Part shown: positions 28,360 to 41,473 of the stretch, one piece after another
How the letters are laid out: the number at the start of each line of letters is the position of its first letter
Numbering within the stretch: position 1 is the stretch's first letter
Notes under the pieces: model-generated
The model's database searches: none
Seen by the model: only the letters and a program-made list of their open reading frames with translations
What the model was told of the DNA's origin: nothing
Assembly: GCA_964016885.1 (NCBI GenBank)
Contig: OZ024742.1
Location: forward strand, 48,546,001-48,610,000
DNA length: 64,000 nt
From: Eledone cirrhosa
Taxonomy: Eukaryota
Reading direction: 5' to 3'
Made by a program: the position numbers and the translations under genes

Positions 28360-28410
<51 letters not shown>

Positions 28411-31400
28411 TATCACAGAAAAAAGTGAATCAGTGTTGCGACGAAAGGAATTTATTGGACATATTACAAATGTCTCGAGGCACGATCGATATGTTGATCA
28501 TACCTGACTCTGAAATCTCTCGGTCATCGGGTACGTCTCGATTCTACGAAGCAGATTTTCCTACGTTCCTTTAACATCGAATGTCTTCGTTTGTTGATTC
28601 CACGAGTGGTCAAAAATTGTAAACGTCACCGGTATTTCTAGCCAAACATGGTTGCCCACTTCTTGCTTCTTCTCGTTCTCAACCTGTCAATGAAAATTAC
28701 TTCATGTATCAGAATTTGTACTGAAGTGGTAGAGGGGCTGTAATCTTGAACGGCTGGCATCACTTTGACATCTTCATTGCCCCTAGGTGCCTTAGTCTAC
28801 ATCGGTCAGGTACACACCTGCAATTATGCTGTATGCGGCATTCATCATAAATAATGTTTTGCGGGAATTAAAAAAAAAACCAGATCATAGGTATATTTAG
28901 CGTTACATTTGTAGAACACAGCTGTTGTATACAGTCCGTCATACATATTTGAAAAAGAAAAAGAAAAAGAAAAAGAAAAAGAAAAAGAAAAAGAAAAAGA
29001 AAAAAACCTATATCAGAACATTTTTTTAAAAAACGTTTTTAAAAGAAAGATTTCAACAGCCATTCAAACGGAAGGGGTATATCAAATGTGTTTTCAGAAA
29101 ATAGACACCATTCTACACTCAGACACTAGGCTCAGGGGAGCGTGCATAGCCAAGACGCCGCATATATATATATAGGCAGATGAGAAAAAAAAGAAAAATC
29201 CATGGAAAGTCATCCGTACCTCCACGCATACATGCTCAGAAAAATACATCGACCTATGCATGCGCACACCCGTGCTCATGGATGTCTGTATGGGCACATA
29301 TACATACATACATGCACCCATGTGCTCCCACAGCGGATGCAAATACTCGATGAGTAACCCTCCATCCGTCTACGAACGTGACCTTGACCCAACCTGATCA
29401 CGTGGCGGTGAGTCCGAGGGTGCCTGCACAATATGCCAAAATGTTACGGCAGCACAATATCCCTGGACTAATCGCATATAACGTGGGTGGTACATATATT
29501 AAAAAACCCTGTACGTACATAACGTAAAATAATGAAATAATATACAATAATAATATAAATTAAGATAAAATACAATAAAATAAAATGCAGGAAAAAGAGA
29601 ATGCATACATGACAAGGATGCAGAGGGGGACCGGTCATTATCGAGATGTTCGTAAAGTTTCATACAATAGTTGGGGGCTGTGGTGCAAATGTTTATATGA
29701 TATACATGGGGGATGGTGAGCTAAGGCACTGGGTGGGAGCCTGCGCGTGATGCAGGTCTCGTTGCTTGTGGATGGATACGTGCACAAACAAGTTATATAT
29801 ATTGAGTTTATGTGCAACAATCATTTCATAAAAGTATGTGTGAGATGTGCATGGGTTTGATGTATACATGGATTATAAAGAGTACGTGCTTCATAACGAT
29901 ATATATGGAATGAACGTGGAGTGTATGTATGATGAAATGTGACATTGGCATGCGTTGTGTGCGTATGTATATCAACGGCATGGAACGACAAAATTAAAAC
30001 GTGAAATAAAACCAAAATTAAAATTAAAATTAACACCAACATTACAATTAGCTGCGACATTAACCTTAAGAGCAGCACCATGTCTATCATGCAAGTCGCG
30101 GATTAAACACCGCGAATCGCATATCGGAAATCGATAATTTAAAAATGTTAAAGTTTGAATATTTAGAAATTTGAAAATTTAAAACGACACATATGTTTGT
30201 ATATCCAATCGTACTTGTAATGAGTCGGCGTCCGCAAATTGGTGTGGTGGTTCTATAAAGGTATTCTACGAGGTGTGCAACTTTGGAACTGTCATTGCTG
30301 TCAACATGTGCTGTCATGCATTCAAAGTTGTGTAGTGTTCTATTGTGGTCGGCTGTACGCGCTCCACCTGGTGTTGCGGTGCCGGTGGTGCGCTATGTAG
30401 ATCCACCCGGTATCACTATGGCGGAGATTGTGCATTTACGTTTATGTCTGCATGCCATGATTATTTCAGACTTGAGGTTGACTGCGTCACTCTTAAGTTT
30501 TATTATCTCCATAGACTCGGACAGGCATAACTTGCACTTCCTCTCTCCGGCCGAGTACGCATTCGCATGCTGAACAATACCCCATATGGGGTCATATTCT
30601 ATGCCACTGTCTTTGAGTCTCCATACTAAGTCCGCCAATCTGGTGGAGTACCTTTTGTTCCTGTCCTTGAACGAGCTCTTGTGGTTGTACATCCTCGACT
30701 TAAAAGTCGTGGATGTAGCTCCGATGAATGTGTGCCTATCGTTGTGCGTGGTAACCATACATCTATAGACAATGCCCTTAGTCAGGCACATTCCCTGCAG
30801 GGGGCACTCTTCACGGCCACGGCAGTTACATGTCCGTCCATCATTTTTCCAACACCCGTTACGTGGTCCTGGCATCTTATTTGTGTTCTCATCGCTCCTC
30901 GAGTGGTGCTCCGCGGAGTGGTCGACTCAATGTTCACCACCAGCTGGTCTCTGCTGGCAGGTCTGGGGCCCTCCGCATCCGCGGCACTGCACCCAAGCAC
31001 GTCCCCAGAAACTTCTGCCGCAACCGCGTGCCCTCCCCGCAACCCCCGGCGAGCCTGGTGCCTGATCGTTGCGCCCATGAGGTGTCCTCAATTTCAACGC
31101 GTTGGTCTTGGCCATGTAGTCTGCCATGTTGGGTGCGTGGAAAATGAGAACTTCACGGTGTGCCGATTGAAAATTTTGAGGTACCTGTGTGAAGCCGGGA
31201 AACACTCGTCGAATGCCCTGAGGAAGAGACCTGGCATGTTAGTGCGTACATGCTTCGAGTATGGCGCATTAAACATTTTACGTTTCTATATCTATTTCTA
31301 TTTCCAGTCTGCTACTAGTGGTGTTTGCATTATCAAGCTGCTCTCTCGGGTTAAGCCCTACTCCTAATTGACCCCCCCCCCCCCTCATTATATCCCTATG

Positions 31401-33818
31401 CATAGAACTGTTACTTAAGTCTGTGGAATGGCCTTCCCTGGCTAAGTTGTTCTGGGCTGTTGCTAGCCCTATTTTCCGTCTCTGTCCTTACCCGAGTCTC
31501 CTGTTGTATCATTGCTGGTATTCTTAGTCTTGGTATTACCCCTAGTGCACCGGGCTGTGTTATCTACTTCACCCTCTATGGATTGCGCGTCCTGGTCCGT
31601 GGAGTTACTATTGTTCCCTTCGTATGCGTTGTGGTCCCTATGGTTCCCGAGCTCCCTCAACTGTCTATGCGCTGTGAGGCCATCACTGTCGTGTTTAATA
31701 CTCCTATCTATACTGTTGGGTGTTTGCTTACGGGTAGGCTGTCTGCCTAAGTTATTACTAGCGGTATCCGGGTGTTTGTGTTCCCCGCAATGCGGCCTGC
31801 CCTTGTCCGGGATATACACTATGGATTATGTGTACCCTGCCCTGCCCAGTGCCTCATTGTAGTAGTCGGCTTGCTGATAGAACACATCCACATGTGTATA
31901 CTCGGGTGGAAACCCCCTTGCCTATGGCGTCAATAACCGACCTGGGGTGGTTTGAGTGCCTGTTTACATACTGCAGGTTCTCGTTGGGCTTGTGATATGG
32001 TCGGTATAAGGCTGTATCTAGTTCTAGTCTAGGAAAGTTACTGTCTTTTACTGTCTTAGTACTATTTTCTACAAGCCCGGATAAGCCGTGCTGCTTAAAG
32101 AAATGTGAGATGCGCTTCCGTATGCGCTCCAGCTGGATAGAGTTTAATGAGTGGAAGGTAAATAGGGCATCGTTCCTATATATCAATCCGCCTATCCCTG
32201 GAATCTCCTCTGCTAACCTAGTGCGTAGATAACTTCCCATCAAGTCCGTCACATGTGTGGATCGCTCGAGCACATAGTGATGTCGAAACTGTCGGTCTGT
32301 CTCTCCTTTCCCACAGTCTACCGTCAAACCTAATGAGTGCCTTTCTAGCAGCTATAATGATGTCCACTTTCCTCTACTTAAGTTGGACCTTGCCCTAGGG
32401 TCTTGTTTACAATTACTGGTGAGATAGACTCGTAGTAATCTGCTATATCCAGCTGCACAAAGTTCACTTGCTGTTTGGTGGGCAGCGCTGTAAACCAGTC
32501 TATAACCTCCTTAGTGGAAGTCCATATGCTAAGTCAATTTCTATTCATAAGTGTGGGCAGTATCCTATCCATAATATTCTTACTGGCCGTACCTAGGTCC
32601 GACTTGGAGGGTGCTATTTTCTAACCGGGAGGTTGGTCTTAAGTTCTAATTTATGGTCCTTGATGGAAATCCGCGGTTTTATAGGTACGTATTGTTCTGT
32701 TCTGTCTGCTACTTCCAGTCCTGTCATTAAGTTTTTGGTCGTGTAGTTGATTCTGTCAAGGTTGTCCTGGCCCGTAATCCTATCAATCTTCATAATCTAT
32801 TTCTCCATGCATTTTCTGTAGGTTCCGTGGTTCATCCTGTAAATGTTACCCCTCTTATCCGAAGGTACAAGTAAGTCCGGGCAACTCTCCATGCTTTTAA
32901 TCTTGGAGCTGATTTCTTTCAGGTACTGGTTTCCGCGTGCTGCATTCCTGTTGAATGTTATGTTCCTTACGATGTTTACTATGCCGTTTTCGAAAGTTTC
33001 TAGTGCCCCGTTGTGCGGGTGGTGTCGTCTGGACATTAAAATCCTCCTAAGTCGGACGCGGGTGATGTCCTGAGTCTGTTGTGTATTCCCGTGGTCGTAG
33101 TGGAAGGCGCGCCATCTCATGCTCCTGACAAATGAGTTGGTGTGGTGGCTGAGTAGGCGAAAGTGGGTGTTTTCCGAAGGTATCGGGATGTCTTTCGACG
33201 CGGAAGAGTACTGGAATCGCTCCATGGCAATTCGCTTCAAGCGCTCGACTTGTGGAGGAGCAAAATAATTGGTATTGGATGCTTAAAGCGTCAAGTTGCG
33301 GTAGGCCATATGAGCACTAGATGCCCTCGTGGAGCAAAGTATGGTATCACAGAAAAAAGAGAATGAGTGCTGCGACGAAAGGAATTTATTGGACATATTA
33401 AAAATGTTTCTCGGGCGACCAGTTCGAAGCACGATCGATATGTTGAACATACCTGACTCTGAAATCTCTCGGTCATCGGGTACGTCTCGATTCTACGAAG
33501 CAGATTTTCCTACGGTCCTTTAACATCGAATTTCTTCGTTTGTTGATTTAGATCCTGTTGTTGTCATTCCATGAGTGATCAAGAACTGTAAACGTCACCG
33601 GTATTTCTAGCCACTTATGGTTGCCCACTTCTTGCTTCTTCTCGTTCTCAATCTACCAATGAAAATTTCTTCATGTATCAGAATTAGTACTGAAGTGGTA
33701 GAGGGGCTGTAATCTTGAACGGCTGGCATCACTTCGAAGTGTTCATTGCCCCTAGGCGCCTTAGTCGGTCAGGTACAAACCCGCAATTATGCTGTATGCG
33801 GCATTCATCATAAATAAT
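28411..33818 (-). mobile_element. Near full-length Naiad-like Penelope element with direct pseudo-LTRs
   Basis: Direct repeats 28411-28855 and 33345-33818 carrying HHR relics flank a decayed RT+EN ORF. Confidence 0.85.
30393..33240 (-). pseudogene. Disrupted PLE RT plus GIY-YIG endonuclease
   Basis: SKDIPIP..MRWRAFHY, SDKRGN, QLDIADYYESI, GLIYRND, YHKPN..LQYV..SNHP, FNAPY, CxCx5Cx5C, IVY..FIG.T.TTFKSR..H, CKLC, CRH. Confidence 0.9.
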
Positions 33819-34642
33819 ATAAGTATGTATATGTACATACATATATGTATACAGACGCACAGTAGTATGTATATACATACATGCATACATGCACACATAT
33901 ATACATATTAACGTATGGGTTTACCGAACATTTATCATAATGCTCGGTTTGTTTGTAAACAAACAGGCAGAATTAATAGCCGTACAGTGTTCGGCAACCA
34001 TCGTTGGCATCTTGTTTAATACGGACAAAGGAACGATTAACTAGTTTCTAGATTATTAGCTGTCATCAGCACCGTATACCTTCCCGTCAATCAATTGAAC
34101 GTTTGAAAGTATATACTTTCCATATGCATATTAACTGTGAGCAGCCTAATTTGCATATCGAGTGATTTAGTGCGCCGGGCGTACCGAAAACGATATTTGG
34201 AAAAAATGTAATTTCATTTCTCACTCTTAGTACGGCTGGTACTTAAATATAAGTATGTATACGTACATACATATAGGTATACAGACGTAAAGCAGTATGT
34301 ATATACCTACATACATGCACACATATATATATATATGTACGTATCGGTTTACCGAACATTTATTATAATGTTCGGTTTGCTTGTAACCAAACAGCCCGAA
34401 TTATTAGCCGTACAGTGTTCGGCAACCATCGTTGACATTTTGTTCAACACTGACAAAGGGACGATGAATTAGTTTCTAGCTTATTAGCTGTCATCGGCAC
34501 CGTAAACCCATACATACATATATATATGTGTGCATGTATGTATGTATTTACATACTACTGTACGTCTGTATACATATATGTGTGTACGTATACATACTTA
34601 TATTTAAGTATCAGCCATACTAAGAGTGAGAAATGAAATTTC
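33818..34642 (-). repeat. Family A HHR repeat, about 1.6 tandem units plus an inverted end piece
   Basis: Decayed HHRs at 34034-34074 and 34462-34502, 428 nt apart; atttgcat 34149-34156; inverted segment about 34510-34642. Confidence 0.8.
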
Positions 34643-34696
34643 TATCATAAATAAGGTTTTACGGGAATTTGTTTAGAAAGGGAAATAATCAATTAT

Positions 34697-34748
<52 letters not shown>

Positions 34749-34795
34749 AATAAGGTTTTTCGGGAATTTGTTTAGAAAGGGAAATAATCAATTAT

Positions 34796-34900
<105 letters not shown>

Positions 34901-34971
34901 GTATATACATATATATATATGTATATACATATATATATGTACATATATATATATGTATATACATATATATA

Positions 34972-35020
<49 letters not shown>

Positions 35021-35238
35021 AATTAAGTTAAAAATGTACATCCACATATGTATACTGAAATACTAGTATGCATATGAATACACACATGTGTACATATGTA
35101 GATGTACCGAGTTTTTCACTGGACACTTTACTGTGAGTGTTCAGCTATTATGTATGTAAACACAGACAAACCGGTTTTTAGAGTCATTCTGGTTTTCGAG
35201 GAAACACCTTTCCTCTATTCTCCAGAAAGCCAGACAGG

Positions 35239-35283
35239 AATATTGGACTAGTTTCGATGTTGTTACATCTCATCAGCAATATT
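35239..35283 (-). ncRNA. Intact type I hammerhead ribozyme
   Basis: aatattg CUGAUGA gatgt-aaca-acatc GAAAC ta GUC caatatt. Confidence 0.92.
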
Positions 35284-35703
35284 TACCTATCCTCCGGCCT
35301 TTCTAGAAAATCGTAAAAGCACATATCGTTATATGCTTTTTCAATGAAAATTAGTAGTGGGCAGACTAATTTGCATAGAGCGTGAGTACGTACCGGTTCA
35401 GCGGAGACGATAAAAACAAATAACGAAACGAAATTAAATTTCGTTTCGTTTGTAACTCACTTTTGTATGACTGACGCTTAAACAATTAAGTTAAAAATGT
35501 ACATCCACATATGTATACTGAAATACTAGTATGCATATGAATACACACACGTGTACATATGTAGATGTACCGAGTTTTTCACTGGACACTTTACTGTGAG
35601 TGTTCAGTTATTCTGTATGTAAACACACAGACAAACCGGTTTTTAGAGTCATACTGGTTTTCGAGGAAACACCTTTCCTCTATTCTCCAGAAAGCCAGAC
35701 AGG

Positions 35704-35748
35704 AATATTGGACTAGTTTCGATGTTGTTACATCTCATCAGCAATATT
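35704..35748 (-). ncRNA. Intact type I hammerhead ribozyme, second unit
   Basis: Identical to 35239-35283. Confidence 0.92.
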
Positions 35749-36488
35749 TACCTATCCTCCGGCCTTTCTAGAGAATCGTAAAAGCACATATCGTTATATG
35801 CTTTTTCTATGAAAATTAGTAGTGGGCAGACTAATTTGCATAGAGCGTGAGTACGTACCGGTTCAGCGGAGACGATAAAAACAAATAACGAAACGAAATT
35901 AAATTTCGTTTCGTTTGTAACTTACTTTTGTATGACTGACGCTTAAACAATTAAGTTAAAAATGTACATCCACATATGTATACTGAAATACTAGTATGCA
36001 TATGAATACACACACGTGTACATATGTAGATGTACCGAGTTTTTCACTGGACAAATTTAATTTCGTTTCGTTATTTGTTTTTATCGTCTCCGCTGAACCG
36101 GTACGTACTCACGCTCTATGCAAATTAGTATATATATATATATGTATATATCTATGTACATATATATATGTATATACATATATATGTATATATATATGTA
36201 CATATATATGTATATATGTATATATATATGTATATATGTATATATATATGTACATATATATATATATATGTACATATATATGTATATATATATGTATATA
36301 TATATATGTACATATATATATGTATATACATATATATATGTACATATATATATGTATATACATATATATATGTATATACATATATATATATACATATATA
36401 TATGTATATACATATATATATGTACATATATATATATGTATATACATATATATATGTACATATATATATATGTATATACATATATATA

Positions 36489-36562
<74 letters not shown>

Positions 36563-36657
36563 GAGAGAGATATATGTACATATATATATGTATATACATA
36601 TATATGTATATATATATATATGTATATACATATATATATGTATATATATATATATAT

Positions 36658-36796
36658 AATAGGATATGTGTTCCTACACGCACAAAGCGCTAAGGGACAC
36701 ATGTATTGTCCAACCATATACCAACCACATTGGCATATGGTTGGACAATACATGTGTCCCTTAGCGCTTTGTGCGTGTAGGAACACATATCCTATT
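36658..36796. repeat. Near-perfect palindrome of about 139 bp
   Basis: aataggatatgtgttcc...ccatataccaa ccaca ttggcatatgg...ggaacacatatcctatt. Confidence 0.9.
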
Positions 36797-37169
36797 ATTA
36801 CTATCCTCCTCTATGTATAGAAAAAAATTTGGTCGTTTCGACTGCTGTTAGTGATAGTGGTGGCCGATTGACCTACCTCCCTCTGCCTCTATCTTTACTT
36901 TCGGCCCTTGAAAAAATTGATTCCACTTCATTTACTCTCATCTCGGGAACAGTTTTGGATAGTGCTAGGTCGTAATTTAAATTCAAGAATTTTATATTCT
37001 TCGAATAAAAAGAACCTTCTGACCAGAATCTTTCTTTGCAACGAAGGCCGTATGGTCTCCGTTTATTTTTGAGATTCGAAACCGATTCGGTAAAGGTAAC
37101 TATAGTAAGTAAAGTCAATTTTTTTTAAATTTATTTTGAAACTTTTTCATTATTTGCTAAACCTGATTA

Positions 37170-37303
<134 letters not shown>

Positions 37304-37369
37304 GAATATTTGTATGAAATATATATACACATACCATATAATTTCAACAGACCAAAATATTAATGTATA

Positions 37370-37567
37370 CTGGAGAAAGTTTCATTCAGTTTTGCAAGTT
37401 AGCTATTATGGAGATCAGTTTGGGGCTTATTGAAATTGTTGTTGTTATTGCTTTCTAGAGAAATGTCTGTAATGAAATTTGACAGTAAATTCAAAGTTAG
37501 CAACGTAGCTTTGACACCTGCATTAGAGAAAATTTCCTGCTGCAGACAAGCAGACAGATCTCATTAA
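37370..37567 (+). mobile_element. hAT (Charlie-like) transposase C-terminal relic
   Basis: Ends ALTPALEKISCCRQADRSH*, like the P..e.l...Q.h.SH* terminus. Confidence 0.4.
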
Positions 37568-39009
37568 ACTGAGAATTCCTTGACATTATGGCTGACTAAA
37601 ACAATTTCTTCATAAAGACAGATATTCAGTCTTGCTTTGACGAGATGACAAGCCTGTGTCCATTTCGTATTGGAAACGCCAGCTTATTGTTCAACACACT
37701 ACGACTGGCATCACCAGGTCTGGTTTTTAATGAGTTTAAAGAACGTTTAGAAAGGGAAATAATCAAGATATTTCCGAGAGCAGCAGGTTAACTTTCTAAA
37801 GGAAAAATGCACTAGATTTGATGTGATTTTTCATGTGAATGCGATAGTACATAAAATCAAAGTTATCCAAATTATATATTATATTTTCAATAAGTATCCC
37901 ATCGTTATATGTTTTATTTCCTCTTTTCATTTTACCAATCATGATTGAAAAACTTTTCTCTACCTTTCTGACAACTAAATACTCACACTTTTGAAGGAGA
38001 ATTTAGCAAATTCCTAAATTTATTAACAGCTGAATTATTCTGACCACAACTTTTGAGCGATAATTCAAACAATAATTGCAATTAGAGAAACGGAAAATAA
38101 TTCAAGTAGATCACATTTTAGTGTTGTTTAAAATTGTTTAAACCAGTGTAATTGGCATGTCTGATTTCAGAATGTGATTAACAGTCAATCTGTACCATTT
38201 AATCATGCTATTTATTTATCAGCAACTGATTAATGAGGGCATATTAAATTATACCTCAAAATTCATACTCTATCAGTATGTGCATGTTGAAATGTGAATA
38301 TGTACTAAACACACGGGAGATTCTTTGTATGCAGAAAATACTAAGATATTTAGAAACAAAATAATTGTTTCTGAGTTAGTTAAATCGTGAAAATTCCAGA
38401 GACCAATTGCATTATGAAATATTGAGACAGACGACGAGATAATGAGATAGAATTCCATAATTACTTGCCAGAGGAAATGTATCGAAATTCTTCATATACT
38501 TTTAAGAAAATATTTCTGAAGAAGTGTTTCCTTAACGAAGAGTTCTTTCTCGTGACTGTTGTGAACTGCATTTTGAGAAGTAACCAAAGACGGATAAGTT
38601 AATGAAGTAGATCCTCCAAATGCTCTTGAATTGCTGAATGAAACTGATATATTAACATCCAAGAAGTACACCATATTCACTTACATATTAGAAGAATTAC
38701 CACTGTATTCTCAAATACCAAATTTTTAATACTTCGTAATGTAGTGGAAATATCAATATCACGCTAATTTCTTTTTTCAGTCAAATCATGGCCAGAATTG
38801 GTGTTGAGTGGGGCTTTGGAATTATGGAAAATTGTGTTTCAATTGCATAAGAGAGATGCATAGTTTGGATCCTCGGATGAGTCTGTATCCGTTTGGTCCG
38901 TCATCATGGATACGTTTCTCGATTTATTCAGCTATTCATATTTATCAAACGTTGTAGATATCTGCATTGCACTTACGGATGTATATGTATATATATATAT
39001 ATATATATA

Positions 39010-39390
39010 TGTAGATAAATCTACCAAGAGTTTACGGTAGTGTCCAATCCGTATGAAGAACTCAATGTAATCCGGATATCATGGAAAGAAGAGATGCAAT
39101 GAAAAATCACTTTCGGTGAAAGATAAACGGAATACAGAGTCAAGATAAAATATTAAAAAAATAATGAATAAAACAATTTCTGAAGACGGCATATATATGT
39201 GTTGGTATGTATATTTAATTTTGATAGTTTGTATAATTTTGTATAATTTTGTACATAGATCTGTTGAATATGCATGCCAATTCTAACACATATATATCCT
39301 AGAAACGATCGTTAAATAATGAACTTTTTTTGTTTAATATAAGGAACTGTTTCATTGTTTTATTCATTATTTTTTTAATATTTTATATAT
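39010..39390 (+). mobile_element. PLE terminal fragment with long-stem-II HHR (39176-39317) and inverted flanks
   Basis: attt CUGAAGA [115 nt hairpin] GAAAC gatc GUU aaat; 39145-39177 is the inverse of 39353-39386. Confidence 0.7.
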
Positions 39391-39400
39391 ATATATATAT

Positions 39401-39817
39401 ATAGGAGAAAGTATGACCCCGACGACAGAGCTCAAGCCATTATGACGGCTGTTTCTGGACTGTCTAGAAATAGCCGTCGAAACGGCTTGGGCTCTGCCGT
39501 CGGCGTCATACTTTCTCCTATTACCCACTCTACTACCCTAAGTATTGAGTACTATGGTGCGTTATGGTCCATTTGGTTCCTTACCACAACTCCTTCGTTA
39601 TATATATATATATATATATATATAGGAACGAGTAGGACCCCGACGGCTGAGCTCAAGCCGTTTCGACGGCTAATTCTGGACGTCCAGAATTAGCCGTCGA
39701 AACGGCTTGAGCTCAGCCGTCGGGGTCCTACTCGTTCCTATTACCCACTCTACTACCCTAAGTATTGAGTACTTTGGTGCGTTATGGTCCACCTGGTTCC
39801 TTACCACATTTCCTTCG

Positions 39818-39820
<3 letters not shown>
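39401..39820 (+). mobile_element. Two adjacent fold-back mini-elements separated by (TA)n
   Basis: 39622-39741 is a 120-bp palindrome centred at 39681/39682; GAAAC ggct-tgagctc-agcc GUC; shared tail of about 80 nt. Confidence 0.85.
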
Positions 39821-39915
<95 letters not shown>

Positions 39916-40699
39916 GACCAAGAAATAAATCCCGCTGACAGGCATACACAGTACATAATCCCTGAAATTATTATTTTGCTTGCGTCAGCAAGCTGTTGAC
40001 ACAGTAATCACTCGTCCTGAACCACCGAGCTGTTGTCTAAATGATCCCTCAACCTGATTCAACGTGCGGTTGTCTAAGTAGTCACTTGATCTAAGATGAT
40101 GAGCTGTTATATAAGTGTTCGATTGAACTCAGCAAACGTGTGTTTTTCTAGCTGATCACTTGAGTTACTAGAAAGATGAGCGATGATTCTTCAAACACTA
40201 ACTCAGAATATAACACATTGGATAATATATTACTTCGGCTTGTAAATGGACACGGTCAGACTGCACCGTCAGGTTTGACCTGAGTTAAACAGTAGCATTT
40301 TTATTCATTTTTTCAACAACCGAGCTACTGTACTGTCGTTCGGTCAGCTAAAAGGGCACAAGACAAACACACTCACCCTGTTCTATATATTAGACTTATA
40401 GAGATAAACTGCGTTTTAATAAAAGTTTAATAATTTATGGTCAAAATATTTTCGGTTATATTATAAGAACATTTAGATTTCAAATCCAACCGAGGGTAAC
40501 TTTACCTTTTATCCTTACGGGTCGATAAAATAATATATCGATAACGCACTGGGATCAATTTAATCGATTTTTCCCTCTCCCAAATGTGTATCGTTGTGTC
40601 TAAACCACCATGAGATAAGAGAGCTGAAACAGTGATGACGTAATGCGTAAAAGGCATTATCAAAACAATAATACATATATTGTTACTCTAATATTGGTT

Positions 40700-40900
40700 T
40701 CTACATTTGGTACAAAGCCAGCAATTTTTTTTTGGTGGTCGTGGTCGTTGTGGGGTTATAGAAAGTCGACATTATGGACCCTAGTATTTAACCTGTAATT
40801 TATTTTATCGACCTTGGATTGCTGAATGGAAAATTTGAACTCGGTGGAATTTGAACTCATAACAAATATGCTGAGCGTTTGCTCGATGCACTAGCAATTC
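40700..40900 (-). mobile_element. Decayed SINE (a further + strand copy at about 40470-40600)
   Basis: ttttatcgacc...ggaatttgaactca reverse core. Confidence 0.6.
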
Positions 40901-41266
40901 AACCAATACACAACCATGTACTAATTGTGTAATATTAATAATTTAAAGGAAAGAATTTCTAAAAATATTAAATAAGACACGAATATGTATTACTTGCTAT
41001 GTTATAAAGTAATTGAACTTCCAATGTTATCATGTTACTGCATGTTGAGATGTTTGGCAGAGGTCAGACTGAGATCACATTCTCACTAATGTGACTTACA
41101 TCACGATCTTCCCTTATATAGATAGTTCCATTTCCGATTTCGTGGTACCATCATATATATACATATGTGTGTGCTTGTGTTTAGTGTGTGTATATGCATA
41201 TAAATATATATTATATATATGTGTATATATATATGTATACACGCACACACACATACACCCCCCTCC

Positions 41267-41301
<35 letters not shown>

Positions 41302-41413
41302 CAGAATAAACAAATACAATAGATTGAGCTATATTTATATTTATCTAATTTCGTTGATTTGTGTTTGAGTATTATTGTATGTCTCTCTATATATATATAT
41401 GTGTGTGTGTGTG

Positions 41414-41473
<60 letters not shown>

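Larger units (their letters stand above)
35017..36130 (-). repeat. 465-bp non-coding tandem repeat with HHRs (family B, retrozyme-like)
   Basis: About 2.2 near-identical units (starts 35017, 35480, 35945), inverted piece 36053-36129, (TA)n-type flanks. Confidence 0.9.

Noticed and set aside
35017-36050. CRISPR-like array or assembly duplication
   Set aside because: No short repeat/spacer structure, eukaryotic context, and the units differ by several substitutions and an indel
36873-37118. 81-aa ORF as a host exon
   Set aside because: No recognisable homology or splice support
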